Shown here piece after piece: positions 28,662 through 37,006 of a stretch of DNA of 64,000 nt. The translations under genes and the position numbers were made by a program. The notes under the pieces are model-generated. The model ran no database searches, had not been told where the DNA came from, and worked only from the letters and a program-made list of their open reading frames with translations. The DNA is from Acidobacteriota bacterium (GTDB lineage: Bacteria > Acidobacteriota > UBA890 > WLXD01): NCBI GenBank assembly GCA_029263295.1, contig JAJCXT010000055.1:17085-81084 (forward strand), read 5' to 3'. Numbering within the stretch: the stretch's first letter is position 1; each line of letters starts with the position of its first letter.

Positions 28662-30053
28662 ATGACCACCACCAAGACGGCACTCATCGGCACGGCCCTC
28701 ACGCTCGTACTTGGACTGCAAGTCCCATCGGCGTTCGGTACGCCCGGCAGCGCGCGCCTGGAGGGCAACACCACCGCATTCATCAACGTTCATGTCGTGA
28801 GCATGAACCCGGCCCAGAAGAAGCCGTTGCTGAGGCGACAGACCGTCATCGTGCAGGACGGTCGCATCGTGGAGATCGGCAAAGCGAAAAGGGTCACCGT
28901 GCCGGACGGCGCCGAGATCATCAACGGCAAAGGCAAGCTCTACGTCCTGCCCGGGCTCGTCGACATGCACGTACACAACCGTGACGTGCTCGCACTGCCG
29001 GAAGACGTGACGCCTGAGGACATCTACACGATGTACTTCGCCAACGGCATCACGACGGTGCTCGACATGGCGGGGTTCAAGCAGGCCTTCCAGTGGAAGA
29101 AGGACATCGACCGCGGCAAGGTCCTTGGACCAGATTTCAACTTCACCAGTCCACTAATCGACGAGAGAGACTACGCCAGCCTAGCGCAGCTGGAATCGAC
29201 GATCAGCAAGTGGGTGAAGAGAGGCTACCCGTACATCAAGTCGCACGCCATCGCCGATCCAGCAACGCTCACGGCGATCCACAGCCTGGCCAACAAACTC
29301 GAAATACCGGTAATCGGCCACGCGCTGCGGCCGGGCTCACCGATCCAGGACACCCTGGCTCACGACCCCCTCATGATCGCCCACATCGAGGAGATCCTGA
29401 GCACCAGCGTCACCTCTCAGGTCGACTTCGAGGGACAGCTCGCGACACCGCTTCGCGACGTGGCCGCGAGCCGTGTGTGGGTGACGACCACCAATACCGT
29501 GTACGAGATCATCGCCAACACGGTAGACGACGACGCTTTCGCCAGGCTGCTGGGGCGCCCCGAGATGAAGTACATCCCACCCACCGCACGGTCACTGTGG
29601 GAGTTTCAGAACAAGTTCCGAGATCCGAGTTTCGGGGGCGACCGCGACTTCTGGATGGCACAACTCGCCATCGAGTCGTACATCGCAAACCAGCTCGTCG
29701 AACTCGGCGCGCTCGATCGCCTGCTACTGGGCTCAGACGCCGGCGGCCCGGAGCTGGTGCTCCCCGGCTTCTCGATCCATGACGAACTGCGCCTGTTGGT
29801 CGAGGCCGGGCTATCCCCGTGGGAGGCGACCCTGACCGGTACCTACAACCCGTCCGTGTTCTTCGGGACGATGGACGAGGTCGGCACCGTCGAAGAAGGC
29901 AAGCGTGCCGACCTGCTCCTCGTGAAGGGCAACCCACTGAAGAAGATCGGCCGGCTGGCGAAGCCGGCGGGGCTCATGGTCAATGGAGTCTTCCTGTCCG
30001 CGGCCGATCTTGCCGACCGGCTCGAAGCGCTGGCCGCCAAGTGGGTCAGCTGA
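28662..30053 (+). CDS. Exported amidohydrolase-family protein
   Basis: PGLVDMHVH, NGITTVLDM, IAHIEE, LGSDAG, GFSIHDEL, GTVEEGKRADLLL. Confidence 0.9.
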   Translation: MTTTKTALIGTALTLVLGLQVPSAFGTPGSARLEGNTTAFINVHVVSMNPAQKKPLLRRQTVIVQDGRIVEIGKAKRVTVPDGAEIINGKGKLYVLPGLVDMHVHNRDVLALPEDVTPEDIYTMYFANGITTVLDMAGFKQAFQWKKDIDRGKVLGPDFNFTSPLIDERDYASLAQLESTISKWVKRGYPYIKSHAIADPATLTAIHSLANKLEIPVIGHALRPGSPIQDTLAHDPLMIAHIEEILSTSVTSQVDFEGQLATPLRDVAASRVWVTTTNTVYEIIANTVDDDAFARLLGRPEMKYIPPTARSLWEFQNKFRDPSFGGDRDFWMAQLAIESYIANQLVELGALDRLLLGSDAGGPELVLPGFSIHDELRLLVEAGLSPWEATLTGTYNPSVFFGTMDEVGTVEEGKRADLLLVKGNPLKKIGRLAKPAGLMVNGVFLSAADLADRLEALAAKWVS

Positions 30054-30157
30054 CCGCCCCGCGGCAGTGAATCCTGACTGACGGCAGTGGGTTCAGGGGT
30101 AAATAGCGCGGCTCCGGATCCAGCAGGGCACGCTCGAGGTATTCGCTTGAGTTCATG

Positions 30158-30192
30158 TATGTCTCTAGACATATATGATCGCGATCATATAT
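30158..30192. promoter_or_regulatory. Two adjacent palindromes upstream of PadR/permease 4; candidate operators
   Basis: TATGTCT-CT-AGACATA (30158-30173) overlapping the perfect 22-bp palindrome ATATATGATCGCGATCATATAT (30171-30192). Confidence 0.72.
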
Positions 30193-30231
30193 CGTGGCTG
30201 ACGTCGAATCTGGCTCCAGCGAGGACAAGTA

Positions 30232-30606
30232 ATGAGCGGGACCGCATCAGAATCCGCGATTGGCGAACTCTTACCGTTGCACACGCGCGACTTTCACATC
30301 CTGCTGACATTGCTCGACGGCGACTGTCACGGCTACGGCCTGGTGAAGGCCATCGAGCGGCGCACCGCGGGCGAGCTGAGCCTCGATCCCGCCAATCTGT
30401 ATCGTGCCCTCCAACGGCTGAAGCAGAGCCGCCTGGTTCGCGACGCTGAAGCGCCGATCGCCGGCGAGGCCGATGGTCGCACGCGTCGTTATCACGGCAT
30501 CACCGATCTCGGCAGAACCACGCTCGAGGCAGAGGCTCAGCGCATGCGCCAGCTCGCCGACGCCGTGCAGGCCCGCGGCGCAGTGGCCTCGTCGGAGGAG
30601 TCGTGA
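30232..30606 (+). CDS. PadR-family regulator (class B)
   Basis: LPLHTRDFHILLTL...HGYGLVKAI...LDPANLYRALQRL...RRYHGITDLGR; GAGG SD. Confidence 0.92.
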   Translation: MSGTASESAIGELLPLHTRDFHILLTLLDGDCHGYGLVKAIERRTAGELSLDPANLYRALQRLKQSRLVRDAEAPIAGEADGRTRRYHGITDLGRTTLEAEAQRMRQLADAVQARGAVASSEES

Positions 30607-33359
30607 GCCGCGCCGGCGAAGGCATAAGGGCCGCCACGAAGCCACACGAGTGGGAGCCGCCCCGAGTCGGTTTGCGCACGTACCGTGCTGCGTACGCACT
30701 CCTGATCCGCACGCTACCGCGTCCGCTGCGACGCGACTACAGCGACGACATGCTGCGACTCGCCGACGAGTTGTACCGCGACGCCTCCGGACGCGGCCGC
30801 CGCGCCGCATTGACGCTGGCCGCAACGTCGATCACGCGGCTGCTCAGTAGCGCAATCGGCGCACGCATCCATCAACTGCGGGCCCGATTCGGATCCCGCT
30901 CCTCGCTCCCCCGTAGTCCCCGCCACGGAGGCAGTCCCTTGCACGGCCTGCACCACGACATTCGACTCGGCCTGCGCGCGCTCATCCGAGAGCCCGGGTA
31001 CGCAGCCCTCGTGATCTTCACCCTGGCCCTGGCCATCAGCGTCAACAGCACGATGTTCTCGATGGTGCGGATCCTGCTATCGCCACCAGTACCGTTCGTC
31101 GACATCGACAGGTTGGTCTTCCCGTACTCGCGCAATCAGGAACTCAACCGACAACGTGCCGGCGTCTCGCTTCCCGACATGCTGGATCTCGAAACCGCGG
31201 TGCCGGCGGTCTCGGCGCTGGTCGGACAACGTCGCGAGCGCTTCCTCGTAGCCGGATCCGAGGAGCCCGCCCGAGTCGGCGGGGCGACCGTATCGACCAA
31301 CTACTTCGAGGTGCTCGGCATTCAGCTTGAAATGGGACGCGACTTCCTGCCGGAAGAGTCGACGCCGGGGCGAGGTCGGGTCCTGTTGATCACGCATGGC
31401 AGCTGGGAGCGCCGTTTCGGGGAAGACCCGCAGATCCTGGGCCGTGAGGTGTTCCTGGACGGCATCGCTCACACCGTGGTGGGAGTACTCTCAGAGGGTC
31501 TGGAGGCGGGGCCTTCCCGCGCCATCGAGTTGTACCGACCACTGGCGCACGACGAGGCCACGCTGCGGCGAGATCTTCGTGATCTCTCCGTCATCGGCCG
31601 GCTTGCCTCCGGCGCCTCGTTCGAGCAGGCCGATGAAGGGCTCCTCGCCGCATCTCGCCAGTTACAGAGCGCCCACCCGGACAGCAATTCCGCGTGGGAG
31701 GTTGTCACCCTGGGATTCCGCCAGGCAATGGTCGGGACCAACGCGACGATGGTGTTCTCGCTCATGAGCGGCGCGGTCTTCTTCGTGCTGCTGATCGCGT
31801 GCATCAACGTCGCCAACCTCACGCTGGCGCGGGCCACCGCCCGGCGTCGCGAGTTGACCGTGCGGGTCGCCCTCGGCGCGCGCCGCTGGCGTGTGGTTCG
31901 TCAGATTCTCATCGAGAGCACCCTGCTCGCGCTGTTCGCCGCAGGCGTCGGACTGCTGCTGACCCGCGTCACTTTCGACGGCCTCGTCGCCCTGACCCGT
32001 GGGCGTGTGGGCCTGCTTACCGAGATGAACATCGATGGCGGCATGCTGGTGTTCACGTTGCTGTTGTCGCTGGCCACACCGATCCTGTTCGCGCTCTGGC
32101 CCGCTCTCAAAGCCTCGGGGGGAGACTTGAGCACGGAGCTCAGGAGCGGCGGTCGCGGTGCCAGCTTCGGGCGCTCGGAGCGTAGGCGACGCGGCGTTCT
32201 GGTAGCCACACAGATGACCCTTGCGCTGACGCTGCTGATTCTGGCCAGCCTCACCTCCCGCAGCATGTACGAGCTGCTGAGTATCGATCTCGGTTTCGAT
32301 GCAACCGACCTGCTCACCTTCCAGATCGAGCTACCGGAAGCCAACTATCCTGGCCCCGAGGTGGTCGAAGAGTTCTTCGCGTCGGCACGCGACGAGATCG
32401 CCACGATTCCCGGCGTTCAAGACGTAGCGATCGTCAGTCACCGCCCGATCGTCGGCGGCGAGCCCTCGCTGCGCCTGGTAATCGAGGGCAAGTCTGAAGG
32501 GCGAGGCGGCGACAGCGCCATGGCCGCGGTCGTGGCGGCCGACACGGGCCTCTTCGACACGGTCGGCGTCGCACTGTCGCGCGGTCGAGGTTTCGACCCC
32601 CGCGACGACGCGACCGGCGTTCCAGTTGCGATCGTTAGCCAGGCGGCGGTGGAGCGCTACTGGCCAGAGGGGGATGTGCTCGGCAGCCGCATTCAGATTG
32701 GCGCCGACTCGACGGTGGCGTGGCGCCAGGTCGTCGGCGTGGTCTCCGATCTGCGCAACCCCGACGCCAACCTCCCTCCCGAGCCTCACGTCTACCTGCC
32801 GTTCGCGCAGGATCCGCGCCCGACGATGTCATTCCTGGTCAGGACATCCGGATCGATGGACCAGTTTGCGACTGTGGTTCGCGAGCGGGTTTGGCAGATC
32901 GATCCGCTGCAACCAATCGACGACTTCCGCACCATGCAACAAATCCGCCATGACGACCTCAGCGGTGACCTGGCCATGATCGGCCTGATCGCGCTGTTCG
33001 GAGTCGTCGCGTTCGGCCTCGCTGTCGCCGGGGTCTACGGCGTCGTCTCCTACTCGGTCAGCCAGCGGCGTCGCGAAATCGGCGTGCGCATGGCGGTCGG
33101 CGCGCGCAGCCAGGACGTGCTCGGCATGGTGACCGGACAGGGCCTGACCCATGTGCTGGCTGGCGTCGTGGTCGGCCTTGCCCTCGGGCTCGGGATGTCG
33201 CGCTTGATCGCCGGAACGCTCTACGGCGTCAGCGTTGTCGACCCGGTGACGTTCCTCGGGGTTCCGCTGATGCTGCTTGGCGTGAGTCTCGTCGCCTCTA
33301 TCATCCCGGCCCGACGCGCTGCGCGACTCGACCCGGTGGATACGCTCAGGGTGGAATAG
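30603..33359 (+). CDS. ADOP-type duplicated ABC permease #4, with a P..LRRDYSDDM-type prefix
   Basis: GTGA overlap with PadR; HDIRLGLRAL, LLIACINVANL, GVYGVVSYSV..REIGVRMAVGA, PARRAARLDP. Confidence 0.93.
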   Translation: MSRAGEGIRAATKPHEWEPPRVGLRTYRAAYALLIRTLPRPLRRDYSDDMLRLADELYRDASGRGRRAALTLAATSITRLLSSAIGARIHQLRARFGSRSSLPRSPRHGGSPLHGLHHDIRLGLRALIREPGYAALVIFTLALAISVNSTMFSMVRILLSPPVPFVDIDRLVFPYSRNQELNRQRAGVSLPDMLDLETAVPAVSALVGQRRERFLVAGSEEPARVGGATVSTNYFEVLGIQLEMGRDFLPEESTPGRGRVLLITHGSWERRFGEDPQILGREVFLDGIAHTVVGVLSEGLEAGPSRAIELYRPLAHDEATLRRDLRDLSVIGRLASGASFEQADEGLLAASRQLQSAHPDSNSAWEVVTLGFRQAMVGTNATMVFSLMSGAVFFVLLIACINVANLTLARATARRRELTVRVALGARRWRVVRQILIESTLLALFAAGVGLLLTRVTFDGLVALTRGRVGLLTEMNIDGGMLVFTLLLSLATPILFALWPALKASGGDLSTELRSGGRGASFGRSERRRRGVLVATQMTLALTLLILASLTSRSMYELLSIDLGFDATDLLTFQIELPEANYPGPEVVEEFFASARDEIATIPGVQDVAIVSHRPIVGGEPSLRLVIEGKSEGRGGDSAMAAVVAADTGLFDTVGVALSRGRGFDPRDDATGVPVAIVSQAAVERYWPEGDVLGSRIQIGADSTVAWRQVVGVVSDLRNPDANLPPEPHVYLPFAQDPRPTMSFLVRTSGSMDQFATVVRERVWQIDPLQPIDDFRTMQQIRHDDLSGDLAMIGLIALFGVVAFGLAVAGVYGVVSYSVSQRRREIGVRMAVGARSQDVLGMVTGQGLTHVLAGVVVGLALGLGMSRLIAGTLYGVSVVDPVTFLGVPLMLLGVSLVASIIPARRAARLDPVDTLRVE

Positions 33360-33441
33360 GCAACGGAGCCTTGCTCTGAGATCCGAAGTTCAGGGGCCCG
33401 TGGGTTTTCGGGCTGAGTCGCCGAGACTGAAGGGTAAATAA

Positions 33442-33473
33442 CTCGTATACTAGATATATACCTAGTATACGAG
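33442..33473. promoter_or_regulatory. 32-bp near-perfect palindrome upstream of PadR/permease 5; candidate operator
   Basis: CTCGTATACTAG-ATATATAC-CTAGTATACGAG (perfect 12-bp arms; one mismatched pair over the full 32 bp). Confidence 0.75.
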
Positions 33474-33536
33474 CTAACCTTTCGACGCTTTCGCGCGTCT
33501 GACTATCTGAACGTCACCAACCCGCGAGCCCACACA

Positions 33537-33845
33537 ATGAGCAAACTCCGAATGACCTTCACGACCGGCGTGGTCCTGCAGTCTATTTCCAGCGGCCATC
33601 GTTACGGCTTCGACATCATGGACGTGTCGGGACTGCCCGACGGCACCGTCTACCCTGCCCTGCGTCGCCTCGAGGACGCGGGCATGCTCGTGTCCGAGTG
33701 GGAGTCGGAGGAGGCGGCCGGCAAGCGGCCGCCTCGCTGCTACTACGGGCTGACCGCCGACGGCGAGGAAATGCTCGCCACCGCGCGCGCGAAGTTCAGA
33801 GGGCTCGCGGGAGCCATCGCCGACCCGGACGCGGGGGCCAGGTAA
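33537..33845 (+). CDS. PadR-family regulator (class C)
   Basis: MTFTTGVVLQSI...YGFDIMDVSGLPDGTVYPALRRLE..G...SEWE...RPPRCYYGLTADG. Confidence 0.92.
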   Translation: MSKLRMTFTTGVVLQSISSGHRYGFDIMDVSGLPDGTVYPALRRLEDAGMLVSEWESEEAAGKRPPRCYYGLTADGEEMLATARAKFRGLAGAIADPDAGAR

Positions 33846-36569
33846 GTGGGAACGTCAAATACCTTCCGTCCGGAATCTAAACTCGCGCCGAGCACCGGTA
33901 TCGCCTTGCGCGCGGGTCTCCTGGTCGTCCGCGCCGCGTCGTGGGTAGCGCCGGCCCGGGAACGCGATCGCTTTCACCGACAGTGGTGCGGCGAGCTGAG
34001 CTTCGCGGCTGAGCGCTCGACGACCTCCGGCCAAGCACTCCTGCGCCGCTCCCTCCTGGCGCTTCGTGATGCGGTCACTCTGCGCACCCGCCGAGCCCGG
34101 GGCGAGGGCCCCGCCGGCGCCACGCCTCCTGGCGGCCCCCGACCGCGGCTGCTGGAAGAATTCCTGCAGGATCTGCGCTTTGGTTTCCGCTCACTGCGGA
34201 AATCACCCGGGTTCACCGCCGTCGCGATCATGACCACCGCGCTGGGCATCGGCGCAACGACGACCATCTTCAGTCTCGTCGATGGCATCCTGCTCAAGCC
34301 GCTGCCCTACCCGGACCCCGAGCACCTGGTTGTGGTGTGGCCCGAGATGCACTTCTCCAGCGCGTTGATCGACCGCGTCGAACCGAGCCTCGAGGCCTAT
34401 GACGCGTTCTCCGGCTACGGCGACAGCTGGGAGTACACGTGGCTGAGGGACGATGGTGCCGAACGCCTGCGCGGGCCGATCGCCACGGCCGGGTTCTTCG
34501 ACGTCCTCGGAGTACCGATGACGCTCGGCCGCGGGTTCCAGGCCGGCGACGACGCTCCCGGGGCAACGAACGTTGTCCTGAGCGAACGCTTCTGGCGTGA
34601 GCGTCTCGAGGCCAGCCCCGATGTCATCGGCACTGCAATGCGAATCAACGGCCAGGAGCACGTCGTCGTTGGGGTCGGCGGACCGTCGATGAGTGCCTTC
34701 CATCCCGATGCCGACATCGTGATGCCATGGATACTCGATGCGGCGGCGCCGTCGTATCGATCGCAGGATCTGAAGCTCATCGCGCGACTGCGCGCCGGCG
34801 TCGGACCCGAGGCTGCGCTAGCCGAGTTGCGCGTCTTCATCGACGGGCTGAAAACCGAGTTCGAGTTGCCCGTCGACTTCGGCGACGACGCCGAGATCAT
34901 GCCGCTGCAGACCTACCTGGTGGGTGACAGCCGCCCGATGCTGCTACTGCTGTTCGGCGCCGTCGGCCTGACCTTGCTGATCGCCAGCGCCAACGTAGCC
35001 AACCTGTTGCTCGCGCGGGCCCTCGCACGACAGCGTGAGATCGCGGTCCGCGTCGCGCTCGGAGCCCGTGGCGGCAGGCTGGCGAGACAGATCCTCACCG
35101 AGACCTCGCTGCTCGGTTTGCTCGGTGCGATTCCGGGGGTCCTGCTCGCGGTCTTCGGGCTCAGCGTCGTGCTGTCGTTGTTGCCCGCAGACACACCGCG
35201 CCTCGCCAGCGTGGCCATCGACGGCACTGCCCTCGCTTTCTCGATCGGCATCGCCCTGCTCACCGGCTGCGCCGTGGGTGTTATTCCCGCCATCCAGGCG
35301 GCGCGCTCCGACGTGCGCGACACGCTGACCTCGGGCGGGCGTAGTGGCAGCGACAGCGCCGGGCGACAGCGCCTGCGCCGCCTCGTGGTCCTGTCCGAAA
35401 TCGCCCTGGCTGTCACGCTGGTCGCCGCCGCCGGACTCCTCGTCAAGAGTTTCCTGCGGGTCACGGACGTCGACCCTGGATTCCAGCCGGACGGACTGGT
35501 GACCTTCAACATCGACCCTGCCCGGGAGACGCTGGGTTCCGCGTCCGAGGCGCGCCAGTATTACGCGCGCCTGCGGGAGCGGCTCGACGCTCTTCCGGGA
35601 GTCGGCGAGACCTCCTCGGTCTGGAAGGTGGCCTTCAGTGAGGATGGCGGGCTCAACGGTCTGCGGCGCGCGGACAAGCCGCTGAACCCCGACGACCGGG
35701 GTGAACTCGTCCGCTGGCGTCCAGTCGCTAACAACTACTTCGCTACAGCCGGACTCCGCCTGCGGCGCGGACGCCTCTTCGCGTCGGACGACGAGGGCGG
35801 CGAACCGGTTACGGTGATCTCGCAGGCAATGACCGACGTCCTCTTCCCCGGCGAAGACCCCATCGGCCATCAGATCTTGACCACCATGGAACGAGAAGTT
35901 CCGCTGCGCATCATCGGCGTCGTGGAAGACCTGAAACTAGCCGGCCTCGATCGCGCTGGTCCGGCGGTCGCCTATCGGCCCTACGCGCAAGTTGACGAGA
36001 TCATGACGGAATACGGGATGTTCTATCGGCGCTGGATCGTCCTGCGCACGGCCGGCTCACCGGCACCCGGGATCGCTGCGACGATCCGCAACGCCGTGCG
36101 CGAGGAGGACCCCACCGCACTGTTTGCAGACTACGTCGCGATGCCTACCGCCATCAGCAACTCGCTGGCGGCGAGGCGAGCCACCATGACCCTCCTGACG
36201 GTGTTCGCCCTCTCGGCGGTCACCCTTGGCGCCATCGGCATCTATGGCGTGATGGCCTATGCGGTACGGCAACGTGCGCGGGAGATCAGCATCCGCGTGG
36301 CGCTCGGAGCGACGCAGCGACGAGTCATCCGCGATGTGATCAGCGATTCGCTCAAGGTCGCCCTCGGCGGCACTGCCCTCGGTCTTGTCCTGACTCTCGG
36401 CGCGGCGCAGTGGGTGCGAGAGTTCCTGTTCGAGGTCGACGCGTTCGATCCCGTCGTACTCGCAGCGGCGGCCGGGTCCGCGATGCTTGTCGCGGTGACG
36501 GCTTCGTTGCTGCCGGCATGGCGAGCCGCACAGGCGGATCCGGCAACGACCCTCGGAAGCGACGAGTAG
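33846..36569 (+). CDS. ADOP-type duplicated ABC permease #5, with an AASW.AP...R..F...W..EL-type prefix
   Basis: LQDLRFGFRSLRKSPGF, LGIGATTTIFS, LLIASANVANLLL, GIYGVMAY..REISIRVALGA, PAWRAAQADP. Confidence 0.93.
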   Translation: MGTSNTFRPESKLAPSTGIALRAGLLVVRAASWVAPARERDRFHRQWCGELSFAAERSTTSGQALLRRSLLALRDAVTLRTRRARGEGPAGATPPGGPRPRLLEEFLQDLRFGFRSLRKSPGFTAVAIMTTALGIGATTTIFSLVDGILLKPLPYPDPEHLVVVWPEMHFSSALIDRVEPSLEAYDAFSGYGDSWEYTWLRDDGAERLRGPIATAGFFDVLGVPMTLGRGFQAGDDAPGATNVVLSERFWRERLEASPDVIGTAMRINGQEHVVVGVGGPSMSAFHPDADIVMPWILDAAAPSYRSQDLKLIARLRAGVGPEAALAELRVFIDGLKTEFELPVDFGDDAEIMPLQTYLVGDSRPMLLLLFGAVGLTLLIASANVANLLLARALARQREIAVRVALGARGGRLARQILTETSLLGLLGAIPGVLLAVFGLSVVLSLLPADTPRLASVAIDGTALAFSIGIALLTGCAVGVIPAIQAARSDVRDTLTSGGRSGSDSAGRQRLRRLVVLSEIALAVTLVAAAGLLVKSFLRVTDVDPGFQPDGLVTFNIDPARETLGSASEARQYYARLRERLDALPGVGETSSVWKVAFSEDGGLNGLRRADKPLNPDDRGELVRWRPVANNYFATAGLRLRRGRLFASDDEGGEPVTVISQAMTDVLFPGEDPIGHQILTTMEREVPLRIIGVVEDLKLAGLDRAGPAVAYRPYAQVDEIMTEYGMFYRRWIVLRTAGSPAPGIAATIRNAVREEDPTALFADYVAMPTAISNSLAARRATMTLLTVFALSAVTLGAIGIYGVMAYAVRQRAREISIRVALGATQRRVIRDVISDSLKVALGGTALGLVLTLGAAQWVREFLFEVDAFDPVVLAAAAGSAMLVAVTASLLPAWRAAQADPATTLGSDE

Positions 36570-36610
36570 GCACAGTCGTCACGGGTACTTGCGGACGGTG
36601 ATTTGCTTTT

Positions 36611-36646
36611 ATATATGTAAATCGAATATATTCACTTTGATTTACA
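36611..36646. promoter_or_regulatory. AT-rich inverted repeats upstream of PadR/permease 6; candidate operator
   Basis: TGTAAATC-N15-GATTTACA (36616-36646) with an inner GAATATATTC palindrome, plus TATAT-N9-ATATA (36612-36630). AAGGAG SD follows. Confidence 0.65.
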
Positions 36647-36661
36647 CAGAAGGAGTCTCCC

Positions 36662-37006
36662 GTGTCTGAACCGCAAGATTTGATTCCGCTTCGACCCGTT
36701 GACCTACAAATCCTGCTCGTGCTTGCCAACGCCAACCTGCATGGTTACGGCGTGATGAAGGCCGTTCGGGAAGAGTCGGGCGGCCGGGTCGGCCTCGAAG
36801 TCGGGTCGCTCTACCGCGTCATCAACCGCCTGCTGGACAGCGACCTGATCGAGCAGGTCGCGCCGGCAGCCGGCAGCGATGACCCGCGACGCAAACACGA
36901 CTACGCCATCACCGAACTCGGCCGTGCCACGGTTCGCGCCGAGAGCGAGCGCCTCGCCCAGGTGTTGGCCACCGCGCGCGCACGCGACCTGGCTGGCCGA
37001 GCGTGA
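36662..37006 (+). CDS. PadR-family regulator (class B)
   Basis: IPLRPVDLQILLVL...HGYGVMKAV...LEVGSLYRVINRL...YAITELGR; AAGGAG SD. Confidence 0.92.
   Translation: MSEPQDLIPLRPVDLQILLVLANANLHGYGVMKAVREESGGRVGLEVGSLYRVINRLLDSDLIEQVAPAAGSDDPRRKHDYAITELGRATVRAESERLAQVLATARARDLAGRA

Noticed and set aside
30091..33440. Shared short words GTTCAGGGG and GGGTAAATA upstream of cassettes 4 and 5, as possible recombination sites
   Set aside because: Only 9-bp matches with different spacing, and absent before the other cassettes; insufficient support.
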